Shown here: positions 1-9,774 of the stretch, piece by piece
Layout: every line of letters starts with the position of its first letter
Position numbering within the stretch: position 1 is the first letter of the stretch
Source: an uncultured Eubacteriales bacterium
GTDB lineage: Bacteria > Bacillota > Clostridia > Oscillospirales > Acutalibacteraceae
Length of the DNA: 64,000 nucleotides
Assembly: GCA_900540085.1 (NCBI GenBank)
Contig: UQEU01000002.1
Coordinates: 20,833-84,832, forward strand
Direction of reading: 5' to 3'
Notes under the pieces: generated by a model
Seen by the model: only the letters and a program-made list of their open reading frames with translations
Databases searched by the model: none
What the model was told of the DNA's origin: nothing
Made by a program: the position numbers and the translations under genes

Positions 1-249
1 CTTATGCGAAACAATGTAAAAACAAACTACGGCGATTATCGTTACAAAGGCCTGCACCTTTGTGCAAAAAGCGGTACTGCTCAAATTGACGATGTAACAG
101 AGCATAATACTGCGTGGTTTGTAGGATTTATGGACGACAGCGAAAACCCGTACGCTTTTGTTGTTGTAATTGAAAAAGGCGGTTCAGGTTCACAAAACGC
201 AGGTCCTGTTGCAAACAAAGTTTTACAAAAGGTTGTTGATAAAGATTAA
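1..249 (+). CDS. Penicillin-binding protein transpeptidase domain, C-terminal fragment. The 5' end lies outside the window.
   Basis: Translation of 4..249 contains a KSGTAQ motif (KTG/KSG box of PBP transpeptidases) near the C-terminus. The ORF runs off the window start. Stop at 247-249 overlaps the hflX ATG. Confidence 0.6.
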   Translation, partial: LMRNNVKTNYGDYRYKGLHLCAKSGTAQIDDVTEHNTAWFVGFMDDSENPYAFVVVIEKGGSGSQNAGPVANKVLQKVVDKD

Positions 250-1493
250 TGGAAAACATTGAAACACAGAACAAAAAAGAAAAGGCTTTACTGATAGGTG
301 TTGACTGTGGATTTTATGATGCAGAAACATCAATAGAAGAACTTGCCGAATTGGCCGACACGGCAGGTGCAGAGGTTATGGCAACAGTTTTGCAAAAACG
401 CTCTGCACCAAGCAGTGCAACTTATATAGGAACAGGCAGACTTGAAGAAATCAAGCAATTTTGCAATGCAAACGAAATAGATTTAATAATAGCCGACGAC
501 GAACTTACACCGACGCAGGCAAGAAATATAGAAGACGAAACAGATGTCAGAGTAATTGACAGAACAAATCTTATACTCGACATTTTTGCAAAAAGAGCAA
601 AAAGCAGTGAGGGTAAAATTCAAGTTGAACTCGCTCAACTCAAATACTCCCTTCCACGTCTTGCAGGAAAAGGCACGGCACTGTCCCGTTTGGGTGGTGG
701 TATCGGCACAAGAGGTCCCGGCGAAACAAAACTTGAAAGCGATAAAAGGCATATACGAAAAAGAATACAAAATCTGACGGCAGAACTTGCTGAAATGGAA
801 AAGCGAAGAAAATTAATGCACGAAAGACGCAGAAAAAACGGTGCTTTGAGCATTGCGATTGTCGGCTACACAAATGCAGGCAAATCAACTCTGATGAATT
901 TGCTTACAAACGCAGGTGTTCTTGAAGAAGACAAACTTTTTGCCACCCTTGACCCGACTGCAAGAAAACTCAACTTGCCAAACGGCCAAAGCGTAATGCT
1001 TGTCGATACGGTAGGTCTCATTCGCAGACTTCCCCACCATCTTGTTGAAGCGTTCAAATCAACGCTTGAAGAAGCCGTTTATGCCGACCTTATACTCAAT
1101 GTATGTGATGCATCAAGCGAAGACTGCTATGAACATATAGAAGTTACAAATAACCTTATAACATCGCTCGGATGCGGTACAACACCTATGATAACGGTGC
1201 TTAACAAGTGCGATTTAGTAAACGAAAACGAACTTGTATTTATGGGTAAAACCGTAAAAATCAGTGCAAAATATGCAATGGGAATAAACGAATTGTTAAA
1301 CGAAATAGTTAACAAACTGCCTAAAACAAAAAAGCGTGAAAAACTGCTTGTACCTTTTAAAGACGCCTCACTTCTTGCAAAAATCAGAAATGACGGAGTA
1401 GTTTTCAGCGAAGAATATACACAAGACGGTATATTGGCAGATGTTTTGGCAGATATTTCACTGCTTGACAAGTTCAAAAACTATATTCAGTAA
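249..1493 (+). CDS. hflX: GTPase HflX
   Basis: 414 aa. HflX N-terminal domain with glycine-rich GGGIGTRGPGE segment. G-domain P-loop GYTNAGKST and DTVG motifs. Confidence 0.9.
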   Translation: MENIETQNKKEKALLIGVDCGFYDAETSIEELAELADTAGAEVMATVLQKRSAPSSATYIGTGRLEEIKQFCNANEIDLIIADDELTPTQARNIEDETDVRVIDRTNLILDIFAKRAKSSEGKIQVELAQLKYSLPRLAGKGTALSRLGGGIGTRGPGETKLESDKRHIRKRIQNLTAELAEMEKRRKLMHERRRKNGALSIAIVGYTNAGKSTLMNLLTNAGVLEEDKLFATLDPTARKLNLPNGQSVMLVDTVGLIRRLPHHLVEAFKSTLEEAVYADLILNVCDASSEDCYEHIEVTNNLITSLGCGTTPMITVLNKCDLVNENELVFMGKTVKISAKYAMGINELLNEIVNKLPKTKKREKLLVPFKDASLLAKIRNDGVVFSEEYTQDGILADVLADISLLDKFKNYIQ

Positions 1494-1555
1494 ATTACAC
1501 CTTAAACTGTACTTTTTACAAAACTGCACGCATAAAATCTTTTAGGAGTGATTTT

Positions 1556-2035
1556 ATGCGTGTTATGACTTTTAAAGCAAAACCAAAAACAATTTTCGGT
1601 ATTTCAATGTGTCTGCTCGGAGTTTTGGTAATGATTTTAACATTTTTCGGTAATCATTCTGCAAAACCCGCAACAAAAACCTCTTCCGAAATAAGCGGAG
1701 AAACCGAAAAAGACAGAGCCGACTTTTTAAAAAGTTTCGGTTGGGAATTTGAAGCGAGATATTCACAAAAAGAATTTAAAATACCTATGTATTTCAACGA
1801 TGTTTACAAAAATTACAATGAAATACAAACCTCGCAGGGTTTTAACCTTGAAGACTACAAAGGTAAAAAAGCAACTCTTTATTCCTACAAAATAAACAAT
1901 TACAAAGGGCATGAAAAAGATGAGTTTATATACGCCGACATTCTTGTTTACAACGGAAAGATAATAGGCGGAGATATTTGCTCGACAAACGCCGAAAACG
2001 GTTTCATGCACGGTTTTAAATATGCAAAGACTTGA
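1556..2035 (+). CDS. Small membrane-anchored protein (DUF4830-like), function unknown
   Basis: 159 aa, N-terminal TM helix, good RBS (taggagtg). Overlaps the rsuA start by 14 nt. Confidence 0.5.
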   Translation: MRVMTFKAKPKTIFGISMCLLGVLVMILTFFGNHSAKPATKTSSEISGETEKDRADFLKSFGWEFEARYSQKEFKIPMYFNDVYKNYNEIQTSQGFNLEDYKGKKATLYSYKINNYKGHEKDEFIYADILVYNGKIIGGDICSTNAENGFMHGFKYAKT

Positions 2036-2723
2036 CAAACTTATTGCTAAATCAAGCAATATTTCACGCAAAGACGCAAAAAATTTAATAAAAAAAGGCG
2101 AAGTATCTGTTGACGGTAAAATCATGCTCAACTGCGATGAAAAAATCAGCGAAAATGCAAAACTGACTGTAAACGGGAAAAGCATAGAGTACAGTGAATT
2201 TGTATATATTATGCTGAACAAACCAAAGGGCGTTGTCAGTGCGTCGCAGGGAAAAGAAAAAACCGTCATAGATATTTTACCGAACAATTTGAAGAGAAAC
2301 GGACTTTTCCCTGCCGGCAGACTTGACAAAAACACGACAGGTTTTTGCCTGATTACAAACGACGGAAATTTCGCCCACGATATTTTAAGTCCGAAAAAAC
2401 ATGTGGAAAAAGTTTACGAGGCAGTATTGGACAAACCGTTTGACGAAACCGTTATTAAAGACTTTGAAAACGGAATGACTCTGTCAGGGGAAAAACTCTT
2501 GGAGGCAAAACTTGTGCCGAAACCTGATTTTTACAACGCCGAAATTACAATCAGGCAGGGACTTTACCACCAGATTAAACGAATGTTTAAAAAGCACGGT
2601 ATAGAGGTTTTGGAATTGAAACGCACAAAAATCGGCGGACTTTGGCTTGACTGTTCTTTAAAAGAAGGCGAATGCAAAATTCTTGGTAAAGAAGAAATTG
2701 AAAAAATAAAGACACGCCGATAA
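2022..2723 (+). CDS. rsuA: 16S rRNA pseudouridine synthase (RsuA family) with S4 domain
   Basis: 233 aa. N-terminal S4 RNA-binding region, then a catalytic GRLD(K)NTTG motif typical of the RsuA/RluB pseudouridine synthases. Confidence 0.8.
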   Translation: MQRLDKLIAKSSNISRKDAKNLIKKGEVSVDGKIMLNCDEKISENAKLTVNGKSIEYSEFVYIMLNKPKGVVSASQGKEKTVIDILPNNLKRNGLFPAGRLDKNTTGFCLITNDGNFAHDILSPKKHVEKVYEAVLDKPFDETVIKDFENGMTLSGEKLLEAKLVPKPDFYNAEITIRQGLYHQIKRMFKKHGIEVLELKRTKIGGLWLDCSLKEGECKILGKEEIEKIKTRR

Positions 2724-2857
2724 TTAAAATAAAAATCAAAAATTTACACTTTTTCTGTCAAATAATCGTTTTTTGTACAATATATTGTGTAAAATATTTT
2801 AATTTTAAAGTATTATACATATCGCACAAATAATTACTAAAGAATTATTAAAAAAGG

Positions 2858-2886
2858 TTGCAATATCATCAACTATGTTGTATAAT
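2858..2886 (+). promoter_or_regulatory. Sigma-A type promoter for the PucR-family regulator gene: -35 TTGCAA, 17-nt spacer, -10 TATAAT.
   Basis: TTGCAA at 2858-2863 and TATAAT at 2881-2886 with exactly 17 nt between them, about 55 nt upstream of the start codon. Confidence 0.55.
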
Positions 2887-2942
2887 ATTAACAAATAGTG
2901 TACAAAATTTTTGTGCAACTTTATTTGCAAGGAGGAGTAATT

Positions 2943-4028
2943 TTGCCAAACAGATTGTTTCAAAGTGTAATTCATCAAATGCGAGAGGCAATAGACAGAA
3001 CTATCGGTGTGGTTGATGAAAGCGGAAATATTATTGCAAGCAGCGACCTCGGTCTTGTAGGCGATGTCAGAAAAGGTGTTATATCAGCAGGTGTTTTTAA
3101 CGGACTTCAAATCTGCGTTGAGTCTTGCACATATAAAGCGTTCGGAAATTCGGTTCACCCCGAATATGCAGTTTTTGTTGACGGCACAGACGAACTCTCT
3201 AAAAGATACGCTGACCTTATCGCAATTTCTCTTAATCAAATTAAAATTAATAACGACGAGAAATTTAACCGTTCAAACTTTATAAAAAATGTCATTCTTG
3301 ACAACATTTTACCCGGCGATATTCTCATCAAATCAAGAGAACTTCGCTTTAACAATGACGCAACACGAGTTGTATTTTTAATCAGAATAGGTCAACAGAC
3401 AGATGTTTCTGTTTTCGATGTAATTCAAAACTTCTTCCCTGACAAAAGCAAAGACTTCGTTGTAAATATCAACGAAAAAGACATTGCTTTAATCAAAGAA
3501 GTTCGCCCAAATGTTGACACAAAAGACCTTGAAAAACTTGCACGCTCTGTTTGCGATACTTTATCAACAGAGTTCTTCATTCAGGCAGTTGTAGGTATCG
3601 GTACTTGTGTAACGGGAATTAAAGAACTTGCTCACTCCTTTAAAGAAGCACAGATTGCACTTGAAGTAGGTAAAGTTTTCGACACTGAAAAAACAATCAT
3701 CAGCTATGAAAATCTCGGTATTGCAAGACTTATATATCAACTCCCCACAACGCTTTGTGAAATTTTCCTTAAGGAAGTTTTCAAGAGAGGCTCAATCGAC
3801 GGTCTTGACCAAGAAACATTGTTCACAATTCAAAAGTTCTTTGAAAACAATCTCAATGTTTCCGAAACTTCGAGAAAACTTTTCGTACACAGAAACACAC
3901 TTGTTTACAGACTTGAAAAAATCAAAAAACTCACAGGTCTTGACCTCAGAGAGTTTGACGACGCAATCGTTTTCAAAGTTGCTCTTATGGTAAATAAGTA
4001 TCTTAACTCAAGCCCTGTAAAATATTAA
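2943..4028 (+). CDS. PucR/CdaR-family transcriptional regulator (sugar-diacid regulator-like), C-terminal HTH
   Basis: C-terminal PucR-type HTH (SETSRKLFVHRNTLVYRLEKIKKLTG). The likely start is TTG at 2943, 8 nt after GGAGGAG. The upstream ATG at 2898 would overlap the RBS. Confidence 0.75.
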   Translation: MPNRLFQSVIHQMREAIDRTIGVVDESGNIIASSDLGLVGDVRKGVISAGVFNGLQICVESCTYKAFGNSVHPEYAVFVDGTDELSKRYADLIAISLNQIKINNDEKFNRSNFIKNVILDNILPGDILIKSRELRFNNDATRVVFLIRIGQQTDVSVFDVIQNFFPDKSKDFVVNINEKDIALIKEVRPNVDTKDLEKLARSVCDTLSTEFFIQAVVGIGTCVTGIKELAHSFKEAQIALEVGKVFDTEKTIISYENLGIARLIYQLPTTLCEIFLKEVFKRGSIDGLDQETLFTIQKFFENNLNVSETSRKLFVHRNTLVYRLEKIKKLTGLDLREFDDAIVFKVALMVNKYLNSSPVKY

Positions 4029-4043
4029 TAAAACTGTATTTAA

Positions 4044-4078
4044 AATCGCTGAAACGCACTGTTTCGGCGATTTTTTTA
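4044..4078 (+). terminator. Rho-independent terminator after the PucR-family gene
   Basis: GC-containing hairpin (atcgctgaaacgcactgtttcggcgat) followed by a T7 run. Confidence 0.6.
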
Positions 4079-4227
4079 TTTTTCTAATTTTCAGCATTAA
4101 TTGTTTATAATCTGCTCTCAATTTAATTCTATTGTTGATTTATGATATAAATTTCTAAAATCCTTGTTGATTTTTTGTATAAAATGGTTTATCATTGACA
4201 TATAGTTTTCTTTAACGGAGGAGTGTT

Positions 4228-5097
4228 TTGTTGTATTTGTCAAATATTTCGGGAGATATACCTGTTTCCTGTCTAAATCTTGTCGGCTCGCACGACAGTG
4301 CAACTGCCTTTGTTTCTTTTTCAAAATGGGCAAAGTGTCAGACTTTGAGTATTGAAAAGCAACTTGAAGCAGGCGTTCGATTTTTCGACATAAGACTTTA
4401 CGCCGCCAACAATACAATACGGCTTGTTCACGGCTCTGCCGACTGCTACTGTGACGAAACGAAAAAGAATTTTCTCACTTTTGATATGGTCTTGGATACG
4501 CTTACAAGATTTTTACACGAAAACCCCCGTGAAACAGTCATTGTATCAATAAAAAAAGACAGAGGTTTTATGGGAATTTTTGCAGAGAGATTTTTTTCTC
4601 TTTTTTATAAAAAATATATTTCGGAAAACAATATATGGTTTAAGGAAAACAGAGTGCCGACGCTTGAAGAAACAAGAGGAAAAATCATTTTATTTCGCAG
4701 ATGCAGAACAAGAATTAAAGATGATTGCGGACTTGACTTTTCCATTTGGAAAAATCAAAAAAGCGAAAAAGACACGGAACCTTTCAAGGTAAAAGTAAGT
4801 GACAATGTTTCAGCCTATGTTCAGGACAGTTACAATGTTGAGCCTTACAAAAAGTGGAAAATCTGCAAAACATTTTCCGAAAACGCAAAGCCTGACAAAA
4901 ATACGATAGCCGTTAATTTTTTCAGTACGGCTTCAAATTCCGCTCCGTGCAAAAACGCCTCTGTCATCAATAAATTATTTAATGATTTTAAAATCAAAAC
5001 AGATAAATGTTCGGGTTGGTACATTCTCGACTTTGTCGATAAAAATATATGCGATAAAATAATGGAAACAAACACAGCAATTCACTCAAATCAATAA
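4228..5097 (+). CDS. Phosphatidylinositol-specific phospholipase C X-domain protein (PLC-like phosphodiesterase), no signal peptide
   Basis: 289 aa. PI-PLC X-domain signature (LVGSHDSAT ... FFDIRL ... RLVHG). TTG start 4-7 nt after GGAGGAG. Confidence 0.7.
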   Translation: MLYLSNISGDIPVSCLNLVGSHDSATAFVSFSKWAKCQTLSIEKQLEAGVRFFDIRLYAANNTIRLVHGSADCYCDETKKNFLTFDMVLDTLTRFLHENPRETVIVSIKKDRGFMGIFAERFFSLFYKKYISENNIWFKENRVPTLEETRGKIILFRRCRTRIKDDCGLDFSIWKNQKSEKDTEPFKVKVSDNVSAYVQDSYNVEPYKKWKICKTFSENAKPDKNTIAVNFFSTASNSAPCKNASVINKLFNDFKIKTDKCSGWYILDFVDKNICDKIMETNTAIHSNQ

Positions 5098-5138
5098 AAA
5101 CTTTTAAAAGATATAAAAAATCAGAAAGGTATGACCGT

Positions 5139-6515
5139 ATGAAACTTGCAGTATTGGGAGGAGGCGGAGTTCGTTCACCGTTTCTTGCAAAATCTATATC
5201 ACTCAGTGCAAAGGAACTTGATATTTCCGAAGTTGTTTTTATGGACATCGACAGAGAAAAACTGCTCATATACGGAAAAATAGCAAAAAAAACAGCAAAA
5301 ATCATCGCTCCCGATTTGAATTTTGTACTTACAACCGACGCAGACGAAGCATTGAAAGACACCGATTTCATCATAACAACTATTCGTGCAAGAAGTGACG
5401 AGGGCAGAGTTTTTGACGAGCGTACGGCTCTTAATTTAGGACTTCTCGGACAAGAAACTACGGGTGCAGGCGGTTTTGCAATGGCACTGCGCAGCATACA
5501 TATTATGAAAGAGTATTGCGAAAAAGCAAAAAAACTTTCAAAGCCGAATGCTCCGATTTTCAATTTCACAAATCCAAGCGGTCTTGTAACTCAAGCGATG
5601 CACAGTTACGGCTACGACAATGTTTACGGAGTATGTGATGCTCCGAGCGGTTTTATACGACAGTTAAAAGATATTTCTGACAACGACAATCTGTCAGTAA
5701 AGTGTTTCGGACTAAATCATCTTTCATGGTTTTACGATTTTAAAATTGACGGTAAAGATGTTACCGACGAAATTCTTTCAAATAAAAAATTGTACACCGA
5801 CACGGAAATGAGACTTTTCGACAAAGAACTTATCTCAATGTGTGAAAACTTTTTGCCTAACGAGTATCTTTACTTCTACTACTATCGTGAAAAAGCAATC
5901 GAATCGGTACTCAGCAGTAAAAAAACAAGGGGCGAAACTATTTGCGAGATAAATAAAAATATGATGAAAGAATTGAAAGAAGTTGATATTGACAAAGATT
6001 TCGACAAGGCATTTCACATATTTATGAGCCACTACACAATGCGTGAAAACAGCTATTTTTCAATAGAGTCGGGTACTGTAAGAAATAAAAAATTTTCCGT
6101 ACCGACTGTTGACGAATATATTTCTCAAGAAGACGAAGGCGGATATGCGGGAGTTGCCCTTGATTATATCCGTGCAAAAAACAGTGAAAATCCGACTGAA
6201 ATGGTTTTGTCGGTGCCGAACGGCAACGCCGTTGATTTTCTAAAAAGTGAAGATGTATGTGAAATTTCCTGCACCATTGACTCAAACGGAGTTCATCCGC
6301 ACAAAGTCGGTTATATACCTGAAATGTGCAAAAATATCATCAGAACAGTTAAACAATATGAAAACCTTACAGTAGAAGCAATTATCGAAAAAAACAAGCA
6401 AAAAGCCGTACAGGCGCTTATGATTCATCCGCTTGTATCATCTTACTCTCTTGCAGAGAAACTTGTTGATACTTACACTGAAGAATACAAAGAATTTATC
6501 GGAGAATGGAAATGA
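5139..6515 (+). CDS. Glycoside hydrolase family 4 (6-phospho-glucosidase / alpha-glucosidase type, NAD and Mn dependent)
   Basis: 458 aa. N-terminal Rossmann motif KLAVLGGGGVRSP. GH4 core FTNPSG...GVCDAPSG with the conserved Cys. Confidence 0.8.
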   Translation: MKLAVLGGGGVRSPFLAKSISLSAKELDISEVVFMDIDREKLLIYGKIAKKTAKIIAPDLNFVLTTDADEALKDTDFIITTIRARSDEGRVFDERTALNLGLLGQETTGAGGFAMALRSIHIMKEYCEKAKKLSKPNAPIFNFTNPSGLVTQAMHSYGYDNVYGVCDAPSGFIRQLKDISDNDNLSVKCFGLNHLSWFYDFKIDGKDVTDEILSNKKLYTDTEMRLFDKELISMCENFLPNEYLYFYYYREKAIESVLSSKKTRGETICEINKNMMKELKEVDIDKDFDKAFHIFMSHYTMRENSYFSIESGTVRNKKFSVPTVDEYISQEDEGGYAGVALDYIRAKNSENPTEMVLSVPNGNAVDFLKSEDVCEISCTIDSNGVHPHKVGYIPEMCKNIIRTVKQYENLTVEAIIEKNKQKAVQALMIHPLVSSYSLAEKLVDTYTEEYKEFIGEWK

Positions 6516-7390
6516 AAAACGAAGTTGCCGTTATCGACAGAATTACAATAGACTGTATCTACTCCGATTTTGAAAATTTTTCAAGTGCCGGCGAAGAAAT
6601 ATGCACTAAAAATTTTTCTCTTTCTCTGGGTGGTGGCGCCTGCGTAAGCATTTCAAGACTTTCCTCAATGGGTATTCCTACCCGTTTCGGAACCTTTTTG
6701 GGAAAAGACAGACTGAGCGAATTTGCATCAATGTTGCTTGAAGATTTTCAACTTCAAAATGCGAAAAACTTTTACAACGGCGAAAAGTGTCCGATAGTTT
6801 ACAGTACTGTTTTTTCAGGCAAAAACGACCGACAGATTTTAAGTTTTGATGAAGAAATAGATGAAAATATTTTAACCGATGAAGAAATGTACAATTTTTT
6901 CAAAGGCAGTAAAATTTGCTTTGCACCCAAAAGAGAAAGTGTGTTGGAAAAATTAAAAAAAGACGGCACAATAATCGTTTATGACTCTCATTGGGTAGAA
7001 AATCAAACTGTAAATGATATTAAAGACATTATAAAATACGCCGATTTTTTCACTCCCAATGACAAAGAAGCAATGGCTTTGACAGACACTGAAAACGCAA
7101 AAGACGCTTTAAAATCATTGACCGAGTACACAAAAAATCCAATTGTAAAAACGGGCAAAAACGGTTGTATCGCTTTTATCGACAACAAAATTGTCAACTT
7201 CCCCGCCCCGAAAGTCAAGTGCGTTGACACAACGGGTGCAGGCGACAATTTTCTTGCAGGTTTGATTTTCGGTATTTATCGCAATCTTCCGATTGAAAAG
7301 TGCGTTGAACTTGCAAATATTGCAGGAACATTGTCTGTAACTGAGAAGGGCTGCTATTCGGCGAAATATGATTTAAACAATTATTTATAA
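6506..7390 (+). CDS. PfkB-family carbohydrate kinase (ribokinase-like)
   Basis: 294 aa. C-terminal DTTGAGDNFLAGLIFG PfkB signature. Start overlaps the GH4 stop (ATGA). Confidence 0.8.
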   Translation: MEMKNEVAVIDRITIDCIYSDFENFSSAGEEICTKNFSLSLGGGACVSISRLSSMGIPTRFGTFLGKDRLSEFASMLLEDFQLQNAKNFYNGEKCPIVYSTVFSGKNDRQILSFDEEIDENILTDEEMYNFFKGSKICFAPKRESVLEKLKKDGTIIVYDSHWVENQTVNDIKDIIKYADFFTPNDKEAMALTDTENAKDALKSLTEYTKNPIVKTGKNGCIAFIDNKIVNFPAPKVKCVDTTGAGDNFLAGLIFGIYRNLPIEKCVELANIAGTLSVTEKGCYSAKYDLNNYL

Positions 7391-7400
7391 GGTTAATATT

Positions 7401-8360
7401 ATGAAAACTTTTTATATCATTTTAATCATTGCAATTATCATAATCGCCTTAATTTTTGCGGTATGCGCAATTATCTATAATCAACTCGTATGGCGAAATA
7501 CATTTAAAATACCTAAGTTCATTGAAAAAATGATTGCAGGAAATGAGATGCCCGACGAATATGAAATCCTTGCAGAAAAGCAAGAAGAGCATTTTAAAAC
7601 ACTTCCTCTTGAAGAAACCGAAATTGAAACAAAAGACGGTTGCCGACTTAAAGCGCATATACTGTTGCCCAAAAAAAGCAACGGACTGCTTATCATAGCC
7701 TGTCACGGTGCAAGAAGCAACGGCATAGGCGAATTTGCATTTATGTCCGATTGGCTTTATGAAAACGGCTATACCGTCATAATGCCCGACCATCGTGGTT
7801 GCGGTGAAAGTGACGGAAAATATATGGGATACGGCACACACGAAAGTAAGGACACATTTTTATGGCTCGACTATGCAAAAAAACAATTTGAAAATATGCC
7901 GATTTTTCTGCTCGGCGTCTCTATGGGAGCCGCAACAGTGCTGATGATGAATGATAAACTTGAAAATTATGACAACATAAAAGGCACTGTCGCCGACTGT
8001 TCATATACTTCTGCTTGGGAAGAGTTTTCGTATCAACTTAAAACTTCTTTTCATCTGCCGAATTTCCCTATACTTCACATTTGTGATTTATACAATAAAA
8101 TTTTGACAGGTTTTTCTTTCAAAGACGCATCACCTTTAAAAGCCGTAAAAAATGCAACAAAGCCAATACTTTTCATTCACGGTGAAAAAGATGACTTTGT
8201 GCCGTTTTATATGCGTGATGTCTTATATGACAACTGTTCTTCCGAAAAATTTAAGTTGGGAATAGAAGATGCAGTACACGCAAGAAGTTATTTTACAAAT
8301 CCGAAAAGTTACGAAGAGGCATTGGAAAAATTTTTTAAATTTTGCCTTGAAAAAAAATAA
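7401..8360 (+). CDS. Alpha/beta-hydrolase (esterase/peptidase S9-like) with N-terminal TM anchor
   Basis: 319 aa. Nucleophile elbow GVSMGA, HG oxyanion region, C-terminal HGEKDDFVP and His. Confidence 0.75.
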   Translation: MKTFYIILIIAIIIIALIFAVCAIIYNQLVWRNTFKIPKFIEKMIAGNEMPDEYEILAEKQEEHFKTLPLEETEIETKDGCRLKAHILLPKKSNGLLIIACHGARSNGIGEFAFMSDWLYENGYTVIMPDHRGCGESDGKYMGYGTHESKDTFLWLDYAKKQFENMPIFLLGVSMGAATVLMMNDKLENYDNIKGTVADCSYTSAWEEFSYQLKTSFHLPNFPILHICDLYNKILTGFSFKDASPLKAVKNATKPILFIHGEKDDFVPFYMRDVLYDNCSSEKFKLGIEDAVHARSYFTNPKSYEEALEKFFKFCLEKK

Positions 8361-8361
8361 A

Positions 8362-8820
8362 ATGAAAACTGTTTTAAATAAAAAAATTTCTTTAACTCCG
8401 AAAGACACAAAAACAAATATAGAAATACCTTTTGATATTGAGGAGAACGCAGACAAATTAAAAATTTCTTTTAAATATCTGCCCAAAATTTTAGAAGACG
8501 AAGAAAAAGCAAAACAACTCGTAAAAGACTGCATTTTAAAAGACGCAGACAAATTTGCAGATGCAAAAGAATACCAAAACATACAGGAATTTTTACCGCT
8601 CAAAAACCTTGTAACAATCAGCGTGTATTCTCCCGATGAATATATCGGAGCGGCGCACAGACACGACAACGAACAAACAATTTTTTTATCGGAAAAAATC
8701 AGCACTCAAGGCTTTATTCCGACAAAAATATCACTCGGCGAATGGAAAATTGTTTTAAATATTCACTGTATCATCACGGATATTTGCAGTTGCTCTGTCG
8801 AGATTGAAACAACGAGGTGA
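8362..8820 (+). CDS. Hypothetical protein
   Basis: The ORF track gives 8269..8820, but its first 30 codons overlap the hydrolase gene. The internal ATG at 8362 (MKTVLNKK) directly follows the hydrolase stop. Confidence 0.45.
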   Translation: MKTVLNKKISLTPKDTKTNIEIPFDIEENADKLKISFKYLPKILEDEEKAKQLVKDCILKDADKFADAKEYQNIQEFLPLKNLVTISVYSPDEYIGAAHRHDNEQTIFLSEKISTQGFIPTKISLGEWKIVLNIHCIITDICSCSVEIETTR

Positions 8821-8823
8821 AAT

Positions 8824-9750
8824 ATGGACTGTTGGCACGCCTGTGAACTTCATTGTCACACAACTCACAGTGACGGAGAGTTCAGCGTAAATGAACTTGT
8901 AAAGACGGCAAAAGAACGGTTGCTCGACGGTATATGTATTACGGACCACAACACTGTATCGGCTTGGGAAAGTGCAAAAAACATTGTTCAGCCGACAATT
9001 TTAAACGGAGTGGAACTGACAACATTTTACGGTCATATACTTGATTTGGGAACAGACGGGTACATTGATTGGGAAAATGCAAAACCGAATAATATAGATT
9101 TAATTTTAAAAAAAGTGCGTGACAAAAACGGTCTCACGGGAATTGCTCACCCGTTTCAACTCGGCACACCGATTTGCACGGGCGGCAGATGGGAATACAA
9201 TGTCAAAGACTATAATCTCGTGAATTATATGGAGATTTGGTCTGAAGGCAATCCTTTTATGAACACAGCTAACAACCGTGCGTATGATATGTGGTTTTCA
9301 CTTCTTGACAAAGGATACAAAATTACGGCAACTTTCGGCAGAGATTGGCACAGCGCCAAAGACAATATATTTCCGACTGCCTGCACATATTTAAAAAGCA
9401 ACTCAAAAAAACTTACAAAAGAAGATATGTTGCTTGCAATAAAAAACGGCGATACGGTTTTGAGCGTCGGCCCGCTTTTTATTTTTAAAATTGACAACAA
9501 AAATGCCGTTTTTGAAACGGATTTTACAAGATTTAACAAAATAAATAAAGATTTAAAAATCAAACCGAAGAAAATACGGCTTTTAACAAACGGAAAAAAG
9601 GAAGTATTTTCTGTCGAATATAAAGAAAAACTGTCGGTAAAAGTATCTTTAAAAACAGGAAACTATTACACGGCAGAACTTTACGGAATTATAAACGGCG
9701 AAGAAAATTGCCTGATTTCTTTAACATCGCCTGTTTATATCGGATATTAA
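8824..9750 (+). CDS. PHP-domain metal-dependent phosphoesterase
   Basis: 308 aa. The N-terminal CELHCHTTHSDG ... ICITDHNT pattern is the PHP (polymerase and histidinol phosphatase) His motif set. Confidence 0.7.
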   Translation: MDCWHACELHCHTTHSDGEFSVNELVKTAKERLLDGICITDHNTVSAWESAKNIVQPTILNGVELTTFYGHILDLGTDGYIDWENAKPNNIDLILKKVRDKNGLTGIAHPFQLGTPICTGGRWEYNVKDYNLVNYMEIWSEGNPFMNTANNRAYDMWFSLLDKGYKITATFGRDWHSAKDNIFPTACTYLKSNSKKLTKEDMLLAIKNGDTVLSVGPLFIFKIDNKNAVFETDFTRFNKINKDLKIKPKKIRLLTNGKKEVFSVEYKEKLSVKVSLKTGNYYTAELYGIINGEENCLISLTSPVYIGY

Positions 9751-9774
9751 AATAAAATTTGAAAGGAAAAAGTT

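Noticed and set aside
483-1477. Multiple minus-strand ORFs (483..770, 635..853, 640..888, 866..1057, 1127..1477) inside hflX. Similar antisense ORFs occur inside the rhs, GH38, pnp and AMP-ligase genes.
   Set aside because: They are shadow ORFs opposite strongly supported conserved genes, low-complexity, and have no RBS.
8269-8361. N-terminal 31 codons of track ORF 8269..8820
   Set aside because: They lie entirely inside the preceding hydrolase gene in another frame. The ATG at 8362 directly after the hydrolase stop is the more plausible start.
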